Source: Kofleriaceae bacterium (GTDB lineage: Bacteria > Myxococcota_A > Polyangia > Haliangiales > Haliangiaceae). Taken from it: a DNA stretch of 64,000 bases. The notes below the pieces were generated by a model that saw only the letters and a program-made list of their open reading frames with translations, had not been told where the DNA came from and made no database searches. The position numbers were made by a program, and so were the translations under genes. Location of the stretch: contig CBDCCZ010000039.1 in the NCBI GenBank assembly GCA_965215005.1, positions 42,572 through 106,571 on the forward strand, written 5' to 3'. This document shows positions 1-10,400 of this stretch, piece by piece; position 1 is the first letter of the stretch, and every line of letters begins with the position of its first letter.

Positions 1-2
1 AT

Positions 3-500
3 CAGCACGGCGGCAGCAGCGTTGGCCCGGATGTCGATGGTGACGGGACCCTCGATCCGTTCGACCTCGAGGCCGTCATCAGCGATGAGCGCAGCTTCCC
101 GCGTACCTCGCGCGCGCAGATTCGCGAGATCTTTCCCGCCGACTACTTATGGTCATTTAATCGCGTCGACGATGTAAGCGGCGTGCTCGCCCACGAGATC
201 GAGTTCTTCGATCGCGCCGACACCGACTCGGTGACGCCACGCATCACCGCCATCCTCGCTCGCACCGGTGATGAGGGCGCCGGCGGCGCCACGTTCGCCG
301 AGCGCTGCGCGCCGTGCCACGGCGCCGACGGCAGCGGCTCAGGCTGGGCTCCCTCGCTCATCGAACGGCTGCCAAGCCGCCCCGACGATAGCGTGCTGCG
401 CACCCTCATCCAAGGACGCGGCGGAATGCCTGCCTGGGGCGAGGTGCTCGACGATCGAGCGCTCGCCGACCTGCTCGCCTACCTGCGCGCTACGTTCTGA
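3..500 (+). CDS. Partial CDS (5' end outside window) with C-terminal class I c-type cytochrome domain
   Basis: Frame open from position 3 (QHGGSSVGPDVDGDGTLDPFD...). Heme motif CAPCHG, later GxMP.W (GGMPAW) axial Met; DVDGDG Ca-loop-like motif near the start. Confidence 0.8.
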   Translation, partial: QHGGSSVGPDVDGDGTLDPFDLEAVISDERSFPRTSRAQIREIFPADYLWSFNRVDDVSGVLAHEIEFFDRADTDSVTPRITAILARTGDEGAGGATFAERCAPCHGADGSGSGWAPSLIERLPSRPDDSVLRTLIQGRGGMPAWGEVLDDRALADLLAYLRATF

Positions 501-514
501 GCCGCTCTTGATAC

Positions 515-558
515 AAGCGTCGACTCGTCGCGCGAGCTTGCGCGATGAGTCGATGCTT
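515..558 (+). terminator. Long hairpin between convergent genes; probable terminator or 3' stabilising stem
   Basis: AAGCGTCGACTCGTCGCGCG-AGCT-TGCGCGATGAGTCGATGCTT: 20-bp stem whose three non-Watson-Crick pairs are all G-U on the + strand RNA. Confidence 0.65.
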
Positions 559-572
559 TGCAGTCGTGATGC

Positions 573-3500
573 TCATGGCGGGCCAACGGCTGCCGCAGGG
601 AGTGCGATGGCCTGCAGCGCCGCGTCATCAGGTGCTTGAGTGCGCGCCGCGCGCAACAGCTGCGACGCGCGAGCCGCACCGCCGCTGGCTGCCAAACTCG
701 GCAGGCCGACAGCAAGCACCGCGGGATTGTGCGGCGCACTCTGCAGTAGCGGCTCGATCACCGAGGCGGCAAGCGAGCTCTGCCCGTGCTGCGCAAGCCA
801 CCGACTCCAGGCAAGCCGAGCGGTGGCCGCGCGCGGATAACGAACCGTTGCGAGCCCGAAGTCCGCGTCGCTGGCCTCGAGGCCGAGCCAACGCGCCTCT
901 TCGGGATCGAGAGCCTTGCTGGCCAGATCCGCCTCGAGCAGGGCGAGGTGGCCGCGGCGCAGCGATACCAGCGCAGCCGCGCGCCGAGAACTGCTACCGC
1001 GGATGCTAGCGGCGTCGAGATAGGCACGCGCGGCGTTCACCTCGCCAGTGCGCAACGCCAGCCATCCAAGACGCGAGTAGACCTCCGCGCGCTCCGCTGC
1101 TACGTCGCCTTGCAGCCGTCGCCAGCGGGTGAGCAGCGGCATATGTGGCAACAGCGGCTCGACGTCGGCGCCGTTGTCCATCGCCTCCGGCACCAGTCCC
1201 CGCGCCCAGGCCTCGGAGATCGCTGAGGCGGCAAGCTCGAGGCGATTGCGATCCCACCAGAAGCTAGCGACGTTCACCAACCAGCCAGTTTCCTGGCCGT
1301 CTGTCGGCATTCGCTCGGCGACCTGTGCAGCTACCTCATCGAGCGCGCCCGCCAACGTCGCGATGAAACCCGGCTGGTTGAGCAGGAGCCAGGTCATAGC
1401 CACTCCGAGATCTTCATCGGCATAGCCCGCCCGCCAAGCCGCCACGCATGCTGGCGCCGCGGCCATGGGCTCGTCGAGGTCAATGAAGATCCGACACGCG
1501 GCGCGATGGGTGCCGGCGGTATCGAGGGTGAAAAGGCTCGCAGCGGCGGCGTAAGCCTGTTGACGCACTTCCGCGTAGGTCTCGTGCTGCTCGAGCTTCC
1601 ACAGCTTCCACGCGAATTCATCGTCGAGCACGCCGGCTTCGCGCTCCGCTGCGAGCACCTCGATCTGAGTTCCGAGAGCCGTGGGTCGCTGCTGCCGCTC
1701 ATCGCTCGGCACCAGCGCCATCCGCACCGCGTCGACGCCATCACCCGCGAGAAACCGCAGCGCAGCCAGCGGCCACTGCCCCGTCCATGAGCTGCGCCCA
1801 AGCCGCGTTACCGCCTCGCGTGCGAGCGCGACCGCTTCTGCGCCGCTGGTAGCGCTACTGATCGCCTCGCGCAGCTCTTCGTACGCACTCCAGGCGACCT
1901 CGTCGACCTTGGCCACCGGCACGGCCGCGGCACGCTCGGCATCACCGGCTGCGTTGATGTGCACGGCGACCTCAGCGCCGGTCCCCAATGAGCCATCGCG
2001 CAGCGCCGGCAACAGCCAAGGCGGCGCAACGTTAACGAGCTTTGGCAGCCGGCGAGCCAGAAATTGGGCTCCATCGCTTCCAGGCGCGTTGTGCGCGACC
2101 GCCACAGCCCATTCTTGCGAGACGCCGGAACCGTATCGCCAGAGCAGGTCTGCGAAGTGCGTCTTTGCCACTGCCCAGTCACCAGCGCTCGCTGCAGTGC
2201 GCGCCGCATCGAGCTTCTGCCAATGGCTCGACGCGGGCAGCCATCGAGCCAGCTCACGCGCCTGCGCTCGATCGCCGCTGCGACGCGCGGCTTGCGCCGC
2301 CATTGCCATAATCAGTGGTTCGTCGTGCTGCTCGAGCAGCGGCGCCAGCGCCTCGAGCACCTCTCTACTATTGCCACTGGACCACGTCTTCATCGCCCGC
2401 GACAGCTGCGCCACGCGACCGCTGATTGCTGATGCTGGGAGCGTCTCCCGCGACGATGAGCTCGACAGCCGCGGCAACGGCTCGATCGGCCAATCCGCAA
2501 ACCAGAGGTCGGCCAACAGCTGCGCACCATCGACGCCATCTTCGAGATCCGCGGCCGCCTCGCGGTACACCGTGCGGTGCCACGACGCAATCAAGCCGCC
2601 GCGCTCTCGCAAATGGCGCCGCATCGCCACCGCATCGCCACGAACCAGCGCCAGGTGCAGGAGCCCATAGACCACCTCTTCGGTGAGCCCGAGTCGACCG
2701 CGCGCGAGCGATTCGGTGACATCGGCTAGCGAGCGCACCACGTCGGGCTCGCGTGAAGCCAAGACTCGCAGCGCCGAGCTGGGCAGTGCGGGCCAGTCGG
2801 TAATCACGCGCAACGCCCGCGCCTCGGTAGCGCCGTCGTTTTCACTATCGAGCGCATCGAGCGCCTGTAGCCGTCGACGACAGCTCGAGGTGGTCGCTTT
2901 GCGTTGTTTGCAGTCTGCCAGCAATGCGGCCGCATCACGGCTCATCCAATGCAATCGCTGCAGCGCGAGCTCACGCAGCGCCGCCGGCGCCTCGGCATCG
3001 CTGGCAACCTGGCGCAACCGATGCCATTCGACCGGGTTGTCGTAGACCGGCCAGTCGCGCGCGACCAGCCTTTGAATGGCGACCTCGGCCAGCGTCCGCT
3101 GCGCGAGCACCTCGCTCTGCCAATAGCTCGCCTCGACATGCGCGAGATAGACAGAATCGCGGCCACGATTGGCGCGGCGCCACAACCGATACGCGTCGAG
3201 ATCGCCAAGCTGCAGGGCGGCGAGAGCACGTGCTTGTTGCCGCAGCGCCGGCTCCCGCACCTTGGGTAGCATCTCGACGGCATCGCCAGATACACCTGCT
3301 TGAATCGCTGCGAATGCCAGCGCAGCGGGCGCGGCCTGCGATGTGGGAGCCGCGGCGACCAGCCGCTCGAGCCGAACCAGGTTGCCCGGCGCCTCGCTCG
3401 CCAGCGCAAGGTCTGCCAGTACCCCCGCATCCAGCTCGAGCACGCCGCGCTGCGCCTCTGCCAGCGCCGTTCGCACCAGGCTCGCGCGCACGTCGAGCGG

Positions 3501-4187
3501 ATCGACGGCGAGCAACGCAGCGGCAAGTGCATCGAGGTAGCCAGGGTCGAGCGAGTCGGAGGCAAGCGCTGCATGAAGCCGCATCCAAAGAAGCCCGGCA
3601 GCCCGCGGGCCTAGCTTGCGCAAGCTCGTCACCGGCAGCGACGACTCGCTGAAGAAGGCACGCGCGGTTTCGAGCCGCAGCTGGATTTCGGGCTTCTTTT
3701 CCGCGAGCCGCCACGCGGTCTCGTAAAGCGTGGAATCGGTGATGTTGCGAACCCGCCGCGCCGCTTCGAGATACCGCGCCGCCTGCGGATCCCCTTGCTC
3801 GATCGGCGACAGCGCTGCGATCACCAAGTGAACGTTGCCCATGGCGCCAGCAAGCTCGGCAATGCGTACCCGTTGCTGTTTACTCGCGACGCTCGCGCGC
3901 GGCAGCCGCTCGGTTGCCGCCAACCCGCCAAGCACCTCCAGATATCGCCACGCTGCCCACTGTGCCTCGACGGCATTGCCGAGCTCGTACTCCAGCTCGA
4001 ACAGCCGCCGCAGGCGCTCGAGCTCATCGCTAGCGGTGGTGCCAAGCGGCTCCCCCAGCGCTCCCAAGGAAAGCCGCGCCGCCACCTGCTCATCGGCGAC
4101 CGGCGCGCTCGGCCCGACGGCTGCATGGCCACATCCCATGAAAACTATAACGAGAACCGCCGCGGCTCGTCCCGCCGACCTCCGCAT
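573..4187 (-). CDS. Large helical/TPR-like putative lipoprotein, unknown function
   Basis: Long ORF (about 1200 aa). Start 4187 follows AGGAG; signal MRRSAGRAAAVLVIVFMG-C; Ala/Leu/Arg-rich amphipathic helices and TPR-like C-terminus. Confidence 0.7.
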   Translation of the reverse strand: MRRSAGRAAAVLVIVFMGCGHAAVGPSAPVADEQVAARLSLGALGEPLGTTASDELERLRRLFELEYELGNAVEAQWAAWRYLEVLGGLAATERLPRASVASKQQRVRIAELAGAMGNVHLVIAALSPIEQGDPQAARYLEAARRVRNITDSTLYETAWRLAEKKPEIQLRLETARAFFSESSLPVTSLRKLGPRAAGLLWMRLHAALASDSLDPGYLDALAAALLAVDPLDVRASLVRTALAEAQRGVLELDAGVLADLALASEAPGNLVRLERLVAAAPTSQAAPAALAFAAIQAGVSGDAVEMLPKVREPALRQQARALAALQLGDLDAYRLWRRANRGRDSVYLAHVEASYWQSEVLAQRTLAEVAIQRLVARDWPVYDNPVEWHRLRQVASDAEAPAALRELALQRLHWMSRDAAALLADCKQRKATTSSCRRRLQALDALDSENDGATEARALRVITDWPALPSSALRVLASREPDVVRSLADVTESLARGRLGLTEEVVYGLLHLALVRGDAVAMRRHLRERGGLIASWHRTVYREAAADLEDGVDGAQLLADLWFADWPIEPLPRLSSSSSRETLPASAISGRVAQLSRAMKTWSSGNSREVLEALAPLLEQHDEPLIMAMAAQAARRSGDRAQARELARWLPASSHWQKLDAARTAASAGDWAVAKTHFADLLWRYGSGVSQEWAVAVAHNAPGSDGAQFLARRLPKLVNVAPPWLLPALRDGSLGTGAEVAVHINAAGDAERAAAVPVAKVDEVAWSAYEELREAISSATSGAEAVALAREAVTRLGRSSWTGQWPLAALRFLAGDGVDAVRMALVPSDERQQRPTALGTQIEVLAAEREAGVLDDEFAWKLWKLEQHETYAEVRQQAYAAAASLFTLDTAGTHRAACRIFIDLDEPMAAAPACVAAWRAGYADEDLGVAMTWLLLNQPGFIATLAGALDEVAAQVAERMPTDGQETGWLVNVASFWWDRNRLELAASAISEAWARGLVPEAMDNGADVEPLLPHMPLLTRWRRLQGDVAAERAEVYSRLGWLALRTGEVNAARAYLDAASIRGSSSRRAAALVSLRRGHLALLEADLASKALDPEEARWLGLEASDADFGLATVRYPRAATARLAWSRWLAQHGQSSLAASVIEPLLQSAPHNPAVLAVGLPSLAASGGAARASQLLRAARTQAPDDAALQAIALPAAAVGPP

Positions 4188-4418
4188 ATCTGCTCCTAGA
4201 TTCATCACGCCATCACCCTGTTCATCTTCGTCAACGCTGGCCTCGACCGCTGAAACCACTCCGCAGGAGGAGTATCGGGAATCAAGCGTCATCGTTGCGC
4301 ACTCTACGCATCGAGCCGCGACTGCCGCAGCGGGTCAACCACCCGCGCAACCAATTCAATCGCCCGCCGATGCTCTGATCTTGCTCGGGCTCACGAGCTG
4401 ACAACGCGCGCCCGCGGG

Positions 4419-7400
4419 TTAGGCCGCGACGGCTCGCGCGCGCTCGCTGCGGACGGCGAAGTAGTCGTCACTGATGGCGTAGGAGAGCAGGTCGCGCGCT
4501 GGATGATTTTGCGCCAGCCGCGTCGCATCGAGGACGGCACGACCTAAGAGCACGCGTAGCGCGGCATGGAGGTCCTCGCACACTACGAAGGCAGCGCGGG
4601 TCACGGTGGCGTCGACGGCGCGCGACCACGAGGCAACATCGGCGACCTCGGCGCGCAACAGCTCGCGCACCGCAAACTGCAAGTGACGGCGCTCATCGCC
4701 ACGCAGGCCGCTGGCGAACGCTTGCGCATAGGGCGCGGCGAGCGCGTGCTCGCGCTTGGGGATCGGCACGTCGGGGCACGCCGTCGCGATGGCGGCAACC
4801 ACGGCGGCGCGCAGCTCGGCAACACCGGGAATCGCCACGGTGGCGAGGTACTCGGGACGAGCGCGGGCGAGCTCGCGAGCGAAGGCGAACGTGAGCCAGG
4901 CGGGCGACTCACCGCGACCGGCATCGGGGGCGGCGATGAGCGCCGGCGTCGGACCGCTGCGACTGGTCGCGTAGGTCAAGAACACCGGGTCGCGAAAGCC
5001 GCCATCGAGCAACACCGGCGGTGCCGCCACGCCCACCGCGCGAGCAACCTCCCGCAGCACTCGATGCAGCGGCGAAAGCGGCGTCGCGTCGCTCGTAGAG
5101 GGCGCCCGCGCCAGCGCTCGATCAGCCACCACCGCCGCCGCTCGCCACACTGCCGCCATCACCGCGCCCAGATGCGGATCTTCGTCCTGATGACGGATAT
5201 GCGCCCAGTACTGCGGCAGAAGCTCGCTCGGGCCGTTGTGGCCAAACCGGGCCTGGCGACGCTCGACGAAGCTCTTCTCGACGGCCGCCGCTCGACCAGT
5301 GGCCACCAGCGCGCGAAAGACGCACCAGGCCTGTTCTTCGCCACCAGCATCGAGATAAATGCGCCCCAGGTCGCGATAGCTCTGCGCGTGCAGCGGGTCG
5401 TCCCGGAGCAGATCGCGGTGCTGCGCCACCGCTTTATCGACTTGGTCAGCACCGGCGATGACGTAGAGCTCGGCGAGAATCTCGCGCCGCTCGCTGCCTT
5501 TGGGATCGAGATGCTGGGCGACCTCGAAGGCGTCGATCGCATCGCTCAGCCGCGCCAAGCGCGTCCGGTAGATCTCGCCGAGAGAATCCCACAGCGATGC
5601 CAGCGCCGGATGACCTTTGGGCAGTCGCTGAATCATCGCGCGATACGCCCGCTCTTGCCCACTCCAGTCGCGCGCCTCCGTGAGCAGCGCATCGATGTCG
5701 ACGAAGGCCTGCATCGCGCGCGTGACCATGGCGTCGGTGAGCTTGCCGGGATCGGCAAAGAAGCTCGCAAGCGCGCACTCGAATCGCTCTGTAGCGGCTT
5801 TGGGCTCGCCCAGCTCGTCACGCAAGATGGCCGCCGCGGCCTGATGATACGAGCCACAGCGCACCGCGTCCGGCTCGCAGGCGACGAACCGGTCGATGAC
5901 ATCGATTGCCATCTCCCACTCCCCGAGCTCGGCGCATAGCTCGAGCGCGCGCTGCAAGCGGCGGTGATTGCCAGGAGTGAGCTCGAGCGCCTGAAAGTAT
6001 GCATCGAGCGCCTCGCGCGAGTCGCCCAACACGTCGGCAGCCAACTGCCCAATGTCCTCGAAAACCTGCGCTGCGACCGCTCCCTCACTGAGCTGCGCCA
6101 GGCTGCGCTTGGCCTCGATCGCGGCTGCCGCATCGCCGGCCGCCGCGCACAGCTCCGAGGTTGCAACCAGTGCTTCGTAGTGGTTGGGCTCGAGAGCAAG
6201 CGCCTGCGCGAGCACCTCGATTCCGCGGTCACGCTCACCGGTGTTGGCCAGTGCCACTCCGAGACGACAATAGAGGTCGGCACTGGCGGTCGAGCTCGCG
6301 CCGAGATAGGCGCGGTAGCCCGCGACCGCGGCGTGAAATTCGCCAGTGGCGAAGTTTGCCTCCGCCAACCCCAACAACACGGCCGGCGAAGCAGCGATTT
6401 CACGCGCTTCTAGAAAGAAGCGCTTGGCGGAGGCGTGCTCACCACGCGCCGCCGCGCAGCGCCCGGCTCGCTCGCACTGCACCGCGCGCTTCGCGGCATC
6501 CGGCGCCGCGTGTCGCAGGTGGCGAATCACCACCTCCATCACCGGCGCGAGCTCGTCCCAGCGCGAGGCTTCATCGTAGAGCTCGGCGAGCGACTGCGCG
6601 GCATCGATCATGCTTGGTTCTAAAGCAAACGCGCTCGCCATGCACCGGGTGCCATCGTCGGTGCGGCCCAAGCGATCGAGGTGAATGCGGCCGGCTCGAT
6701 GCCAGAGCCCCGGCGCTTCGATCGCGCTGTGCGTGCGCTCCGCGGCTTGCTCGAGCCACATCGCGGTCTGCGCCCACATGCCGCGGCCTTCGTAGAGCGC
6801 CGCTAGCTCCAGGCGCGGCTCGGCAGTGTCCAGCAAGCGAGCCGCGCACAATAGGTGCGATTCGGCGTCGCGATCATGGCCGCCGCGAATGATCACTCGA
6901 CCGAGCGCGAAGTGCAGCGGCCCGCGTTCGGCCTCCGCGGTGAACTCTAGAGCGTGCTCGAGCGCGCTGGCCGCGCGACTCCAGCGCTCGGCGCGTTCAC
7001 AGGCGCGCCCAAGCGCCGCCCACGCCGCGCCACTGCTGGGCGCAAACGCCAGTGCCTCTTCGTAGCTCGCAACGGCAGCGTCGACATCGCCGGCACCGCG
7101 CTCGAGCACCTCGCCAAGCTCGATCAAGCGGGCGATGCGCACCTCTTCGTCGTCGTCATTCGCGAGCTGGCGGCGATATACCCGTGCAAGCTCGTCCCAC
7201 CGCTCGAGCCGACGATAGAGCCGCACCAGCTCGGGATAGAGCTCGTAGCGCTCCGGGGCAAGCTCGAGGAGTCGCTCCCACGCAGCCGCTGCCTCCGCGA
7301 TCGCGCCGGCTCTCTCGCTCACCCGCGCGAGCCGCTCGCAGAGCGAGATGCGCGCGCCGTCATCGTTGGCGGCGGCGAGCTGCAGCGACAGCGACTGAGC

Positions 7401-10400
7401 GACCGCAGCGAGATCGCCCACCCGCTGCCCGAGTCGCTCGGCTGCAACTTGAGCGACTGTCGAGTGTGGAGCGATCGCCAACACCTGACGATAGGCGGCG
7501 AGCGCCTCGGTGGGCGAGCCGAGGTGGTCTTCGCTAACGGTTGCCAGCTCGAGCAACCACGCACTCGCATGGTCGTCAGTGCCGTTCTCGATGAGGCGAC
7601 GCAGCACCGACTCGAGCTCGCGCCACGCCTCGGCGGCGCGACACACAGGCTGTAGCGCCAGCAGCGAGGGCAGATGGTGAGGATCGAGGGTGAGAGCGCG
7701 CTCATGGGCCCAGCGATGCAGCTCGTCGTCGCTAAGGTGCTCGCGGGACAGCGCGCCCAGCTGGGTGTAGAGCGATACCTGGCGCGCTTCATCGTTGGCG
7801 ACCTCGATGGCGTCGACCAAGGTCTCGGCGAGCGTTCCCCACGCCTGCGCACGCCGGTGCGCTGCAATCGAGAGGTCCCAGGCAGCGTGCTCGTAGGGCT
7901 GCGACGCCAAGGCGTGCGCGGCCGCGGTACGCGCCGACTCGGCATCGTCGAGCTCGACCAGATACCAGCGCCCGAGCAACGTCCAAAGCGCAGCGGCTTG
8001 CTCGTGCGCATCGCTAGCAGTGAGCTCTTGCACGTGCTCGAGCAGCTCCTCCAAGAGCCGGTGCCAAGCGCCAAGTACGTGAGCCAACTGCGCCAGCTGC
8101 GCCGCCGCCTCCTGCTGGCGAGCATCCGCGCGCACCACGTCGAGCCAGATTTCCAGCGCCAGGAGCGGCTCTCCCAGCTCGGCCTGCGCCAGCGCCGCCG
8201 CCTGCGAAAGCAGCGCGACACGGTCCTGCGGGCGTTTTGCGGCACGAGCGCGCAACAGCTGGAGCAGGTCTCGCCAGCGCTCGGCGGCGCGATAAATCCG
8301 CTCGAGCTCATCGAGCGCATCGTCGCCGCTGAGGGACTTGCACAATAGCGCTGCGCGGTCGAGCTGCCCGAGCTCACTGCGATACACCACCGCGAGCTCG
8401 AGCTGCAGCTGGTGCCGCAACGCCGGCTCCTGGGTCCAAGAAGCATGGTCTTCGAGCAACGCGGCGCATTCCGGCCAGCGCCGCGCCGCGGCCAGAAGCC
8501 GAGCCAGCTCTTGAGCGGCGGCGTCATCGCGGTCGAGCTCATAGCGGCGCTGGCAGGCAGCGACGGCGCGATCCAGTCGACCGCAGCGCTCCTCGAGCTC
8601 GGCGAGCTCACGAAAGCGCTCGCCGGCGCGCGCGATGGGCTCGTCGGGCAGCCGCAACAGTCGCCAAAGCGTCTCAGCGTGGGCCGAACCATCGGCTTCG
8701 CTGCGATAGTGATCGAGGAGCGCTTCGAGAGCGCCACGGTCCTCCTGATGCTCGAGGCTGCGCTCGAGCGCATCGGCAGCGGCAAGCGCATCACCACAGC
8801 CGCGCACCTGAGCGGCGGCGATCTGCCGCAACAGCCGCGCCTTCGCCCCAGGTCCATCGGTGGCTGCACAAAGCGCTTCGAGCGCCAGCACCAAGTCGGT
8901 TACTCGGCCCGCGCGCCACGCGAGCATGCAGCGCAGCTCGAGCGCACGACAATCGCGCGGCCGGGCCGCGAGCGCCTGCTTGCAATGATCGAGCGCAAGA
9001 CTCTCGTCGAGGACCGCTTGACCATAGACCTCGGCGGCGCGGAGATGCAGCTCGGCGCGCTCCTCGGCGTCTTCCGTGCTGCGCAGACGTTGCTCGTAGA
9101 GCGCGACCAACGCGCGCCAGTCTTCACTGCGCAGATGCAGCCGTTCCAAGGCCTCTAGCGCTTCGAGGTTGCGCCCGTCTTTGTCCAGCACCGCCTCATA
9201 AGAGCTTCTTGCTTTGTCGCGGTCTCCCAGCCAGCGCTCGTAGAGACGGCCCCGACGCAGCTCGCACACCGCTACCTCGGCATCGCTCTTGGCGCGGGGG
9301 AGGAGCTCACTGAGCACGTCGAGCAGCTCGAGTGCATCTTCATCGCTGCCGCACAGGCGCTCGAGCGCAGTGACGCTTTCGGATTGGTTGCCTCCGCACA
9401 GGATGACCTGCCGATAGGCCGCTGCCGCCGCTGCGAGCTCCCCGCGCCGCTCGCACACCAGCGCGATCTTGCGCAAGATCATCGGCTCATCGGGATCGCC
9501 GGCGAGCTGCTCGCGATACAGCGCCTCGAGCAGCTCCCAGCGTTGCGTCTCCGTGTACGCGGCCTCGAGCGCATCGGCGACCTCACGACGCCGGCAGCCG
9601 CGCTGCCAGAGATCCTCGAACATGGCGAGCACGTGGCCTTCGGCGCGCTCATCCGCGAGCAGGCGCGTGAGACACGCCAAACCGTCATCGACCTCTTCGA
9701 GGTGCTCGACGAGCACTTCCGCGAGCCGCAGCTCGAGCTCTCGACGCTCCATCGGCTCCTGTGCGGCTTCGAGCCGGCGCTCGAGAAGCGTCGCCAGGTC
9801 TGCCCACTGCTGTTCCTGCTCGTAGAGCCGCGCCAATGACCACATGGCGTCGCGGTCTTGAGGAACCGCGGCAAGGGCGTTGCGATAAGCGGTCATCGCG
9901 CGGCGAGGAGCTCGCGCTTCTTCCTCGAACAGCTGGCCGGCGCTCAAGAGCAGTAGCCGACGACGCTCGGGGCTCGAGCACTGCTCTGCGACCCAGGCCT
10001 CGAGCTCGGCGAGCTCACGCCAAGCACCGAGCTCGGCACCGAGTCGCTGCAGGTGAGTGAGCAGCGGCTCATCATCGGCATCCTCTGCGAGTGCCCGCGA
10101 CAACGCATCGAATGCCTGCCGCGCACAGCGCAGCCGCCGGTCATAGAGTTGGCCCGCGTGACGCAACAGGGCAGCGCGAACCGCGACGTCGAGACAATCT
10201 TCGGCGGCTTGTTCGAGCGCTGCAGCGATGCGCCACGCGTCGTCGTCAGCGTCGCACGCCGCTTCCAGCACCGCAGCAACCTCGAGCGCGATGTGCGGAG
10301 CTTCGCCAATGAGTGAGCACGCGGCCTCGAATGCGTCGCGATTGCCGGGCATGCGCGCCAATGCCTCGCCAAACTCGGTCAGCGCGCGTGCCGGCTCGAG

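Noticed and set aside
4566..8869. Long alternative ORFs (457 aa, 516 aa and others) inside the giant TPR gene
   Set aside because: Arg/Ser/Pro-rich shadow translations with no recognisable domains.
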